A stretch of 64,000 nucleotides of DNA from Octopus vulgaris (lineage: Eukaryota): the NCBI GenBank assembly GCA_951406725.2, contig OX597827.1, positions 76,074,001 through 76,138,000 on the forward strand, written 5' to 3'. Position numbers and translations under genes: made by a program. Below the pieces are notes generated by a model. That model did not search any database. It worked only from the letters and a program-made list of their open reading frames with translations, and was not told where the DNA came from. Within the stretch, counting starts at the first letter, position 1. The number at the start of each line of letters is the position of its first letter. Positions 1-11,734 of this stretch are shown one piece after another.

Positions 1-1243
1 ATGAAAAGTTGGATTTGGTTAGCTTTAACATAAGAGGGATAGAATATTGGGGCCAGTTTAAATGCTAAAGGGTTAAATATTGATTTTATATGTCCTATTT
101 TTTTGCCAGCAAGCCTGTATATATATATATTTATTTATTTATTTTCAGATTTGTTTGCTGTCCTTACAGATGCTGCCCACCACCCAAAAATGGAGATCAA
201 CTTCTGAAGAATCCCTGAATAGCCTTTCTCACATTTGATACATTTTATATCTTCTGCTTCTTTTATAAAGGTTTTTGGCAACTGGGACACTTTACGCATG
301 GCATATTTGGTCCACCCAAAGGAAATTCCCACACCAACCTAACAATCAACCTTGCACGTGTTGTTCTGTCTCTCGGCTTTATAACAACACAACCGCACTT
401 TGAAAAATACTAAATACAACTGCATATGATAACTGTGGTGGATTTTCATTGCTGTGTGTATATATACAAAATCTCTGCCCATGTTGCTGTATACATTCAT
501 AACTGAAAACCTGTGTGTGTCTGTAAGAAATTTCCAACCGTATGTTGAATCTTAATCAATGAGATTAGCATCCACTTCTTTTCCTGAACACTTCTAGTTT
601 TCATATATATATATGTATATATATGTCTGTATACATACACGTATGTAGATATGTAATAGGGGTTGTTTGAGTTGGTATTTCTAACTCTTCAGATTCTTAT
701 TATGCAATATATGTATATATATATATATGTATGTATATTGATAACCTGATGTTCTGTGGATCAATTGACAAACGATGAAAATTTGTGTTCCGTTAAAAGA
801 TAATTTGGAGTCGTATTTTTGTTTTAGTTGACCCCTTATAGATATACCTTGACCCTTTTGTTTACTACCTGAGTACACGGCATTGTTTTGCTCCCCTTAA
901 TTTGTGTCACAAAGGTCGGAGATCACTTTGTCCGTTTGATGGTTAGTAGTTTGTGTGTTGTGTCTGTGATTTGAACTGCTGAACACTTTATCAGAAATGA
1001 TGATACTGTGAAAGTACAACATGTAGGAGTCGAGGATGTCAATTGTCCTCATCTATAGTCTTGCTGGTTTATGATGTAAACTGTTCCTTTTACATAGCTG
1101 TTGTCAACATCATCATCATCATTATCAACAACTACAGTACCACCATAACCATCATCATTACCATAACCATTTGTGTCACCACCATCTTCTCCCTATTGTA
1201 GCAAATCAAATGTAATTTGGAAGCACAGTGACATCTACCCAAT

Positions 1244-3961
1244 ATGTACCCTGTTCAGTCTAGCTACCCTATTGGAAGTCAGCAAGGCATTAACAGCCAA
1301 TCGTTGTACCAAAACCACCATCTGAAAGGCCACCCGAATGCTTCGTCTGGGGGCAAGGCATTTCGACCTTTGGATGGCTCTGGAGGCACAACAGGGACAG
1401 CCACTAGCGTTACGACGTCTAGTGGAGGCGGAAAGAGCTTTAGAAATGATACCATTGCCCGCAAAGATTTGTCTAATCAAAGACCTGCCTTGCCTAACCT
1501 CAATCAGGGTAGTTCCTCTACAAACAATAACACCACTACCAGCACATCCCTTATCCAAAAGACATATCCGTGTACGATTTGTAAGAAGATATTTTCTAGC
1601 CCATTTTTTCTCAAGAACCATGAGCAAACTCACCAGATACATTCAATGGGGTCCACCAAACCATTTGGATGTTCTGGTTGTCACAAGCAGTTCTCTTTAT
1701 TCGTGGACTTAAAGAATCATAATTGTATGCCTGTCCAATCCCAGGCAACACAGGAAATGACAGGCCAAAGAAATCTGATGGGCAACAACATGCATTCAAA
1801 GCCCTATCACTGCGACATATGCAACAGAGGCTTTTCTCACCACGCCAATTTAAAGTTGCACCTTCGCACCCATTCCGGTGATAAACCATTTTCTTGTGAG
1901 GTATGCGGCAAAAGTTTCTCTCAGAAGAACTGTCTAAATGATCACAAGCGGCTTCACAGTGGAGATTTATTTTACTGCAGTTACTGCAAGAAGCCATTCG
2001 CCAATGAATTCTTTCTGCGTAATCATCTAAGAACTCATACTGGCGAGAAGCCTTTTGAATGCAACTTTTGCGACAAGAAGTTTTCACAGCGTGGTAACTT
2101 GAAAACTCATATGCGCATACACACAGGGGAGCGACCGTTTCAATGTGATCTCTGCGACAAATCGTTTGCTCAAAAGAATTGCCTGACAGATCACAAACGC
2201 CTTCACTCTGGCGACATGTTTTTCTGTATTGTCTGCAAGAAAGCATTCACTAACCAATTTTTCTTGAAAATCCACGAACAGAGCCATACTGCTGTGAATA
2301 ATAGTGAAGGAGGTGAAAATATGTTCTATTGCACCTTCTGCAAAAAGGGTTTCTCAAATCAGTTTTTTCTACGTAATCACGAACGGACACACACAGGGGA
2401 AAAACCTTTCCACTGCCAGTTCTGTGGTAAATCATTTGCTCAAAGTGGAAACTACCGTACACACATGAGGATACATACTGGCGAGAAGCCGTTTGTCTGT
2501 GATGTCTGCGGAAAAGCATTTACTCAAAGGAACAGCCTTAGCGACCATAAGCGTTTCCACACTGGCGAACTCTACTATTGTAGTGTATGCAAGAAGGCCT
2601 TCTGCAATCAGTTTTTCTTGAAGATTCACGAACAGACACATTCAGGAGAAGTGTATTATTGTTCATACTGTAAGAAAGGTTACCCAAATCAGTTCTTCTT
2701 AAAAAATCACTTGAGGACTCACACAGGTGAGAAACCATTTGTGTGCCAATTTTGCAATAAAGCTTTTGCCCAACGAGGGAACTTGAAACTTCACGTGCGA
2801 ATACACACGGGGGAGAAACCCCACGTGTGTGACATCTGTGGCAAAGGTTTTGCACAGAAAAACTGTCTGATTGATCACAAGAGAATTCACAGCGGGGATT
2901 TGTTCTTCTGTATTGTTTGTAACAAAGCATTCACAAACCAGTTTTTCTTAAAAATCCACGAACAAGCTCACACTGGAGAGATGTTCTATTGCAGTTACTG
3001 CAAAAAGGGATTTTCTAACCAATTCTTTTTGAAAAATCACGAACGGACCCATACAGGAGAAAAGCCTTTCCAGTGTAATTTCTGTAAAAAGAGTTTTTCT
3101 CAACGAGGAAATCTAAAATTACATCTGCGAAGACATACTGGGGAGCGGCCATTTAATTGTGACGACTGCGGAAAATCTTTCAGTCAACGCAACAATCTGA
3201 TCGACCACAAGAGAGTCCACAACGGAGAATTGTTTTACTGTAACTTCTGCAAAAAGCCATTCTGTAACAAATTTTTCCTACAAAACCATGAACGAACTCA
3301 CACAGGTGAAAAGCCATTTGAGTGTGAGTACTGCAAGGAGAAGTTTTCACACCAGGGTAATTTAAAGACTCACCTTCGCAAACACACTGGAGAGAAACCA
3401 TTCTCGTGCGACCATTGTGGCAAATCCTTCACCCAACGACCCAACTTGACCAACCACAAGTGTCCTGCGGCAATAGCTGCTGCTGCCGCCGGGGACCGGA
3501 TGTTTCTGAAGGGAACCAATACCCTCTCATCGACAATCAACAGCCTTGGTAAGAAGTTCAACACCAGCACAGTCGGTGGTGATGGCGAACTGAAATCGCT
3601 GAACTACAGCTCTTCGAACAAAGAAGCCAACTCCCAAATGAAACCAAACATCAAAAACAGTGAGCTTGTACGTGATCAATCAAACCAACAGAGCAAAGAT
3701 TCCCAAGTGACCACCCCGATTAGGCCGCAGGCGTCTACTGCGTCCTCTTCACATTCCAATTCGACCTACATTCACGGAATGCCTCAGTCGTGGGAAAACA
3801 ACTATTTGTGGTCTCGGGGCTTTGCTGTTCCACCATTAATAGGCTCCGCGTGGCCCAGTGTCACCTGTGCATCCAAACAAAACAAGCAAAACGCTTGGGG
3901 CAACCTCCAAGGGATGCACTCTTCACGAAATACATCAGAAGATATCAGTAGTTCCAAGTGA
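1244..3961 (+). CDS. Multi-finger C2H2 zinc-finger protein (905 aa, 22 fingers, single coding exon)
   Basis: Uninterrupted ORF with 2 isolated N-terminal fingers and a 20-finger tandem array (1805-3463) with TGEKP linkers; fingers 2 and 22 end in C2HC-like HxC. An in-frame TGA lies just upstream of the ATG, a pyrimidine tract plus TAG acceptor sits at about 1200, and AATAAA signals occur at about 4042, 4377 and 4643. Confidence 0.95.
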   Translation: MYPVQSSYPIGSQQGINSQSLYQNHHLKGHPNASSGGKAFRPLDGSGGTTGTATSVTTSSGGGKSFRNDTIARKDLSNQRPALPNLNQGSSSTNNNTTTSTSLIQKTYPCTICKKIFSSPFFLKNHEQTHQIHSMGSTKPFGCSGCHKQFSLFVDLKNHNCMPVQSQATQEMTGQRNLMGNNMHSKPYHCDICNRGFSHHANLKLHLRTHSGDKPFSCEVCGKSFSQKNCLNDHKRLHSGDLFYCSYCKKPFANEFFLRNHLRTHTGEKPFECNFCDKKFSQRGNLKTHMRIHTGERPFQCDLCDKSFAQKNCLTDHKRLHSGDMFFCIVCKKAFTNQFFLKIHEQSHTAVNNSEGGENMFYCTFCKKGFSNQFFLRNHERTHTGEKPFHCQFCGKSFAQSGNYRTHMRIHTGEKPFVCDVCGKAFTQRNSLSDHKRFHTGELYYCSVCKKAFCNQFFLKIHEQTHSGEVYYCSYCKKGYPNQFFLKNHLRTHTGEKPFVCQFCNKAFAQRGNLKLHVRIHTGEKPHVCDICGKGFAQKNCLIDHKRIHSGDLFFCIVCNKAFTNQFFLKIHEQAHTGEMFYCSYCKKGFSNQFFLKNHERTHTGEKPFQCNFCKKSFSQRGNLKLHLRRHTGERPFNCDDCGKSFSQRNNLIDHKRVHNGELFYCNFCKKPFCNKFFLQNHERTHTGEKPFECEYCKEKFSHQGNLKTHLRKHTGEKPFSCDHCGKSFTQRPNLTNHKCPAAIAAAAAGDRMFLKGTNTLSSTINSLGKKFNTSTVGGDGELKSLNYSSSNKEANSQMKPNIKNSELVRDQSNQQSKDSQVTTPIRPQASTASSSHSNSTYIHGMPQSWENNYLWSRGFAVPPLIGSAWPSVTCASKQNKQNAWGNLQGMHSSRNTSEDISSSK

Positions 3962-5147
3962 AAATCGGTGGGGTAAATTACGATAATGATAATAATTATA
4001 ATTAAAATAACATTAATAATAATAGTTGATCTTTGTCTCTTAATAAACATTAATATTCTTTCCTCTGTCTCATTGCATTATTCAAAACATGACTTTGTTC
4101 TCTCACCTGACAAAAATGTAACTACTAGAGACATCTTGTGGTGAAAAACCAAAACCAAAGACCTAGTCAGGGTCAGTAACTCATCCACCACTGGGTGGTT
4201 TATATTTTTTTTCCAAATGACATTTTTGGTTACACCTCAAAAGTTAATGCAAGAGAGGAAAATGTATTTGTTATAAAAAAAAAAATTGACTTTGAGGTGT
4301 GTACAGGGCCTGGACATTAACACACCTCAGCACATCACAATTTGTTTACAAACACTCATATGTAACAACAACAACAAATAAAGGTTGTAACACATTTCCA
4401 CATTCAAAAGATAAACTTCATTTTCACACACATACACACACATAATATTTACAAACACATACATAATACTCATGCAGTCTTAACATAAGGCTTGCAAACA
4501 ATACACTCAAGCTATTATTACATATTGAAACGAGAAAAAAAATAATAATAATAATAATAAATTTTTTAAAAAATGAATTTTAAAAAAACAACAACAAACA
4601 AATGTAATATTTTGTATTTAATGAAAAAATTTTCAAAACCTAAATAAAAATGCAGTGTTGTGTAAAAAAAAAAAGATAATAACAATAACAATAATAATAA
4701 TAATAATAAAGTACTAGTCGAGTACTGAGGTCAGTGTTACTGACTGTCTTGAAAATTGTTGACCTTGTGCTTAAATTTGAAATCAAATAATAATAAAAAC
4801 AATCAATACAGTATAGGACTGAAAATGTGTAAATATAATATAAACTGGACCCTAATACTTTGTTGGTTATGACCCTTTAACTAGGGCTTGCTATGTATAT
4901 AATTCCTTCATATATCCTTTCTTTTTCCATACACATACACACACATATACACTATTCTCGCTTTGTCTGCTTGCTTAACCTGAGGATTGAACCAGTCTTG
5001 GCTACTGACCCCTGATGTATATGTGTGTGTGTATGAGTGTAGGTGGGTGTATTAGCAGAAAATAACGATGCAGATGGATAAGGGAGTTTGGGGAGGAAAA
5101 ACAAAAAGACAGCACCAATGGATGTAAGCAAGTCTGGTCCTTTTCTT

Positions 5148-5448
5148 GGAGGCACATGGTCTAGTGGTTAGAGTAGCGGACTCGCGGTCGAGGGATCGCG
5201 GGTTCGAAACTCAGATCGGGCGATGTGTGTGTTTACAAGCGAAACACCTAAATTCCACGCGGCTCCGGCTGATGGTAATGGCGAACTTCTGCTGACTATT
5301 TCGCCACAACTTTCTTTCACTCTTTCCTCCTGCATTTTGCAGCTCACCTGTGACGGATCAGCGTCCCGTCCAGGTGGGGCACCTATACGCCAAGGAAACG
5401 GGAAACCGGCCCTTATGAGCCAGCCATGGCTTCGAGAAGGAACAAACA
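5148..5448 (+). mobile_element. tRNA-headed SINE (family D variant)
   Basis: tRNA-like head (GGTCTAGTGGTTAGAG...GGTTCGAAAC with A/B-box character) followed by a SINE body and an AAC-rich tail. Confidence 0.7.
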
Positions 5449-5581
5449 ACTGGTCCTTTTCTCAGCTGTCCTTGGGAATTTTGTTCCCTGCATGTACCAA
5501 TTCTTCTTCTTCTCACTCAGGAATTTAAGAAACATCTCAAATTCCTGGTTCGTGGTCTGTTCGTATATTTACATACATCTT

Positions 5582-5930
5582 TCACTTGTTTCTGTCATCT
5601 GAGTGTGGCCATGCTCCATCGAAGAAATCAACCCCAGAACTTATTCTTTGTAAGCCAAGTACTGTTGGTCTCTTTTGCCAAACTGCTAAGTTACAGGGAC
5701 ATAAACACACCAGCATCGGTTATCAAGCAATGGTGGGGGAGACAAAGACACACACACACATGTAAATATATACACATATATATATATACATAACAGGCTT
5801 CTTTCAGTTTCCATCTACCAGATTCACCCACAAGACTTTGATCAGCCCAAGGCTATAGCAGAAGACACTTGCCCAAGGTGCCACACAGTAGGACTGAACC
5901 TGGAACCATGTGGTTGGAAAGCAACTTCTT
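5582..5930 (-). mobile_element. tRNA-derived SINE family A (internal microsatellite)
   Basis: Matches the many other copies in the window: GGTTCAGTCC...GGCACCTTGGGCAAGTGTCTTC...GAAACTGAAAGAAGCC-(TA/TG)n-...CAGCATGGCC...GAAACAAGT. Further partial copies lie at about 17478-17625, 37857-38000, 39450-39595 and 45145-45297. Confidence 0.8.
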
Positions 5931-6028
5931 ACATATGTATACATACATACACACATCTTCCCACCTGCACCACACATTAACTCATTTGGGAATTGAACTA
6001 AACTCAGTAAAAACTGATCTCTGATATG

Positions 6029-6073
<45 letters not shown>

Positions 6074-6639
6074 ATATGTGTGTATATCTGGGGATCGCAC
6101 CATATTCTCTTAGTATCTACTCATCTGGGAATTGAACCAACCTTGGAAACAACTTTTTTTTTTTTTCAAAGGAAATGATCCATGTCTACAGCAAAAGCAG
6201 ACTTTTTCTGTACCAAATCCTCTGGTCCTCTCCTCCATTCCCATGTAACTGCTCGACCCCCGCTCCCCCCGAATTTTTGTTATTAACCTTTGACTCTCTG
6301 CCAAACTAGAAGCAATACACAAGCCAAAATATATTGTTTGTTTTTGTTTTTTTTTATTATTATTCACGTGCCATCCCCTCTTCCTCTTCAAAAAAAACTA
6401 CTTCTTTAATCACATCGTTCCATCATCCTCATCATCATCACCATCATTCTTGCTAGCATCTGACCACACTTTCACTCATCATCACCATGCTCAATCATTG
6501 TAGATTATTTTTATTATTATTATTTGCCTTTCGTCCTTTTGGGGGTCAATAAAATGAGGACCGGTCAAGCAGTGGAGGTTGATGAAATCAAACAGCTTCT
6601 TGCCCAAAATTTCAGGCCTTGTATCTATATCTTCTATCT

Positions 6640-7278
6640 TCTACTTGTTTCAGTCATGAGGGCACGGCCATGCTTGGGCACTGCCTTGAAGAATTTTTAG
6701 TTGAATGAATCGACCCTTTTTTTTAAGCCTGGTACTTATTCTATCAATCTCTGTTGCTGAACTGCTAAGTTACAGGGATGTCAACACACCAGCACCAGTT
6801 GTCAAGCAGTGGTGGGAAACAAAGAGACATACTCATATATATATATATGTTGGGCTTCTTTCAGTTTCTGTCTACCAAATCCACTCACAAAGCTTTGGTT
6901 GGCCTGAGGCTATAATAGCAGACAACTGCCTAAGGTGCCACACAGTGGGACTGAACCCAGAACCATATTGTTGGAAAGAAAACTTCTTACCACACAGCCA
7001 CGCCTGTCCCTACAGTACAAAGAATTATTATTAGGTGAATTAGCAAAATCATTAGAATGTTGGAAAAATGCCTTATTCTTTCTTTTACTTGCTTTAGTCA
7101 TTTGAGTGCAGCCATGCTGGAGCACCACCTTTAGTCAAGCAAATCGACCCCAGGACTTATTCTTTGTAAGCCTAGTACTTATTCTGTCGGTCACTTTTGC
7201 CGAACCGCTAAGTTACGAGAACATAAACACACTAGCATCGGTTGTCAAGTGACATTGGGAGGACAAACACACACACAC

Positions 7279-7313
<35 letters not shown>

Positions 7314-7492
7314 ATATACGATGGGCTTCTTTCAGTTTCTGTCTACCAAATCCACTCACAAGGCTTTGGTCGACCCAAGGTTATATTAGAAGACACTTGC
7401 CCAAGGTGCCACACAGTGGGACTGAACCAGGAACCATGTGGTTGTGGTTGGTAAGCAAGCTCCTTAACCACACAGCTGCTCCTACGCCTTGT
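6640..7492 (-). mobile_element. Two adjacent SINE family A copies (about 6640-7010 and 7078-7492)
   Basis: Near full-length matches to the family A consensus. Confidence 0.8.
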
Positions 7493-7496
7493 ATAT

Positions 7497-8965
7497 GTTC
7501 TGAGTTCAAATTCTGCCATGGTGAACTTTGCCCTTTAGAGTTGAGAAAATACCAATTAAATCCTGAGATCGGTGTAGTTGACTGACCCCTTTTTCCTCCC
7601 AAATTTCAGGCCTTGTACATAGAGTCTTTATTAATGAAGGTGGTGAGCTAACCGAATCATTAGCACGCCAGCCAAAATGCTTAGCAGTATTTCGCCTGTC
7701 GCTACGTTCAGAGTTCAAATTCTGCCACGGTCGACTTTGCTTTTCATCCTTTCAGGGTCAATAAACTAAGTACCAGTGAAACACTGGGTCGATGTAATCA
7801 GCTAGTCCCCTCCGCCAAAATTTCAGGCCTTGTACCTATTATAGAAAGGATTATTATTACTAAAAAGGGGATGAGCTGGCAGAATCATTAGCATGCTGGA
7901 GAAAATGCTTAATGGCATTTTTGTCCTTTATGTTCTGAGTTCAAATTCTGATAAAGTTGATTTTGCCTTTCATCCTTTCTAAGTTGATCAAATAAGGACC
8001 AGTTACGCACTGGGCTCGATATAAACGACTTACCCCCTCCCCTGAAATTACTGGCTTTGTGCCAGAAATTTGAAACCATTATAATTATTATTGTTATTAT
8101 TAAGGAGTACTGAGCAGAAAGAATTGTTAACCATGTTGAACAAAATGCTTAGCAGCATTCAATCTTGACATTCTGAGTTCAAATTCCACCAAGGTCGACT
8201 TTGCTTTTCATTCTTCCAGGATTGATTAAATAAACACCGGTCAAGCACAGGGGTCAATGTAATTGATTTGCCTCCTCCCCTGAATTTCAGGTCTTGTACC
8301 TATAGCAGAAAGGATCATTATTATTAAGATGGATAGCTGGTAGAATGTTTGGAGTATCAGAAAAATGCCTTTTGGTGTTTCTTCCAGATTTTTACATATC
8401 TGAGTTCAAATCGCACTGAGAATCATCCTTTCAGGCTTGATAAAAATTAAGTACCACTCAAGCACTGGGGTCAATGTAATCAATTAACCCCCTTACCTTG
8501 AAACTGTTGGTCTTGCGCCAAAATTTAAAACAGTTGTTATTCTAAGGTGGCAAACTGCCAGAAAACATTTGAGAATTGGACAAAATCCTGGTGGTATTTC
8601 TTATGATTCATTACATTCTGGGTTCAAATTTCACTGAGGTTAACTCGTGGGATCAATAAAATAATTACCAGTTGAGCTCCGGGGTTGATGTAATCAACTA
8701 CCCCCTTTCCTCAAAATTTCAAGCCCTCTGCCTATAGCAGGAAGGATCATTATTATTTTATAAGTTAATGAAATGAGAGAAGCCGTGGAGCTACCAGGCC
8801 AAATATCTTGCAGTGGTAATTAGGCACAGTTCTCTACATGCTGTGTTCAAATCCTGCCAGAAGTAACCTCACCGTTTGACCTCATGAGATTTGATAAGAT
8901 AAAGCACTGAGGCCAATTCCAATCTTTCCTTTCCAATTTCTGGGCTTCGATTTATGTCATAAACC
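7497..8965 (+). mobile_element. Head-to-tail array of about 7 family B SINEs (Meta-domain-like core)
   Basis: Units of about 210 bp (GAGCTGGCAGAATC...GTTCTGAGTTCAAAT...GGTCGACTTTGCCTTTCATCCTTTC...AGTACCAG...GGCCTTGT) separated by (ATT)n tails. Dispersed copies lie at about 15420, 25053, 32425, 34760, 35280 and 45670. Confidence 0.75.
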
Positions 8966-9274
8966 ATTAACATCAGCAGCAGCATTATCATTTTTTATTT
9001 CTTTTCCTAATTTGCATTTTAATTAAAAACGTTTTTATTCTCTTTTCCTATTTTTCTAAGTTTAATTACTTCAGTATTTACGGGACTTCTTCCACCTTTG
9101 CCATTCCCTTTCGTTTTTCTCAGTCTCTCTTTCCATCTGTCTATCTATCCCTTTAACTGTTTATCTCTCTTTCTCCCTCTCTATCTATCTGTTTATCTCT
9201 CTTTCTCCCTCTCTATCTATCTGTTTATCTCTCTTTCTCCTTCTCTATCTATCTGTCTATTCTTATATCCATCT

Positions 9275-9306
<32 letters not shown>

Positions 9307-9953
9307 TACATACACACATATATAAATCTGTTAATTCACCTGAAGTGATAAAATTAAAGGACTCCATCCATCTATCTGCTGTTCTATCTTCTTGTCTATC
9401 TATCTACCTATCTGTCTATATTTAGCTGTCTATCTATCTATCTACCTAACCATTGTTCTCATTACATTAAATGCTAGTTAATAAGCAGGAAAGAGAGAAC
9501 AAATGGACAAGTTAAAGGACTTTTATAAAGATTACATATTCAGAGAAAACTATATCACTAACCTCACCACCGCCACCACATTACAGCTCTTAACACCACT
9601 ACCACCATTACCATCTCCATCAACTCTCCTACCATCATTACCATCCCTCCTGCCACCACTACTATCATTACCACCCCCAACACCACCATCACTATCATCA
9701 TTACCATAACCATCTCATCAAATTCAGTGTATTTTATTTTTCAGTGGACAATAAAATACACCAGGAATGCAGTTGAATGCAATTCTATAGACTTGCAAAA
9801 AGAAGAACCATTAAGATTGTGTGTGTGTATGTATATGTATGTATACATATATATGTGTGTGTATGTATGTATACATATATATATATATGTGTGTGTGTGT
9901 ATGTATGTATGTATACATATATATATGTGTGTGTGTATGTATATATATATATA

Positions 9954-11211
9954 TTGGGTCATCCACTAAATAATGTTTTTTTTTTATACTTCCTTTATTT
10001 TTCAAAATTAAGATGAAGTTCCTTTTTAATCTAAAATATACTCCCCTTCATTTTCCACAATGCTCTTCTATCTGTCTGATAGACTCGCAAGGACCCTCTT
10101 CCGAAATTCACTTGTCCATGATGAAAAAAAACACTCCTCCAGTACTGTTCTGACCTCTTCTACAGAATTCATATTTTTTTTCTGCCCAAATAATTTTGAA
10201 GGCTGCAGATTAAATGGTAATCAGATGGAGCAATGTCCAGGGAATATGGTTGGTGGGGCATCATTTCCCATTGAAACTGCTCCAATCTTTGGAATGCCAT
10301 CCTTACTGTATGTGGCTGGGCATTATCCTGATGGAAGAACACTTTTCGTCTTGAAAGCAAAAATGGTTGTTTTTCTTCTAGTGTTGGCTTAAGCTACTCA
10401 AGCTGCTCACAGTAGATCTCCTTAGTTTTCATTTGGTTTGGGTTTAAAAGTTCAAAGCTGACTAAATCTTTCATATCCCACCAAACAGATAACACTTTAT
10501 GTGGGTGAAAACCTTCTTTAGCCTAGGGTGCCGGTGTTTCTCCTTTCCCTGCCCACTGTCTTTGGCACTTGACATTTCTATAGAGAACCCATTTCTTGTC
10601 ACCAGTCACTATTCAGTTCCAGAAAGGTTCATTCATGAGACTGACAGCAAAGAAGAGCACACATTCACTCTCTGCATGTGATTAAACTCAGAAAGTTTGT
10701 GAGGAACCCATTGACCCAATTTGCTGACTTTTCCGATGGCACACAGATGTTGAATGGTTGAATGACCAAATCCAAGCTTCTCTGCTAGTTTCTGAACAGT
10801 TACAATGGGATTTTGTTCCACTTAGGTTTGCAGGATATCCCCATTGAGCTCTACAGATCTTCCAGGACAGGGCTCATCTTCTAGGCTGTAATTTCTGGAA
10901 CCACCATTGACACTGGCTTACACCTATTGTCTGATCCCCACATACTGCATTAATATTCCTTGTATTGTTGCCTTTATTGAACTCATAAAGCAAAATATGT
11001 GATATACGCTCCTTTGTCACTTCCATTATAGCTTTGAAAAAATAAGTATTAAAATCGAACTGCACTCTTCAAAATTTGCACTAAGAATAAGTACAAAGTA
11101 AAATAACTACCTGCTTTTATAGCAAGTTGATGCAGGTAGTTTATCCCATCCCCCTCCAACTTTTAGTTCATGCAACTGAAAAAAAACTGCATTATTTACG
11201 GGATGACCTAA
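9954..11211 (-). mobile_element. Full-length decayed mariner transposon (transposase pseudogene)
   Basis: About 1.26 kb with TIRs TTGGGTCATCC...GGATGACCTAA flanked by TA. Minus-strand fragments encode ILLYEFNKG, WVPHKL, FFHQDNAQPH and PHQPYSLDIAPSDYHL, which are mariner DD34D signature motifs; frameshifted. Confidence 0.9.
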
Positions 11212-11255
11212 TATATATATATATATATGCGTATGAATTGAAGATATAATTGGTA

Positions 11256-11556
11256 ATATCTAAGTATATTATTATGATTAAGTATGCTGGAGGGACAATG
11301 CTAATATGCTAGAAGTAGATGTCAAATGCCTACAAGCCACTCTAAATTTGTTCTCCTTTTTGCACAAGGTTGAATGCAAAGAAATGAACAAGAAAATCTG
11401 TAAAATTTCATAAATCTTCTTGTCTGTTTCCTCACATTCAGCCTTGTGCAAAAAAGGAGAACAAATTTAGAGTGGTTTGTAGACATTTGATATCTACTTC
11501 TACCGTATTAGTGTTGTCCCTCCACTGCCCTTAATTATAATTATATATTTAAATAT
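11256..11556. repeat. Long imperfect inverted repeat (arms of about 140 bp)
   Basis: GGAGGGACAATGCTAATATGCTAGAAGTAGATGTCAAATG...TGCACAAGG is mirrored by CCTTGTGCA...CATTTGATATCTACTTCTACCGTATTAGTGTTGTCCCTCC. Confidence 0.85.
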
Positions 11557-11734
11557 ATATACTATGCCATGCAGAAGTTTTCAGCCACTTTAAACTATTG
11601 TAAGTGGATGTTTTACATTGTGTTTTACAGACGAAACATTGGCCTTGTTGGAGTCGTTTCCATACTTAATTGTTATATTTTGTAGTAGGGATTCTGAATG
11701 AGAGGGGAAGATGCAAGACAACCACCAAAAATGG

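Noticed and set aside
135-332. 65-aa ORF with CxxC ('KCIKCEKGYS') suggesting a zinc-finger relic
   Set aside because: No His pair follows and it lacks an ATG start; it lies antisense to the probable 5' UTR region of the ZNF gene.
1235-3570. Antisense and alternate-frame ORFs overlapping the ZNF genes (also 29097-31321)
   Set aside because: Shadow ORFs arising from repetitive finger and trinucleotide codon structure, with no recognisable domains.
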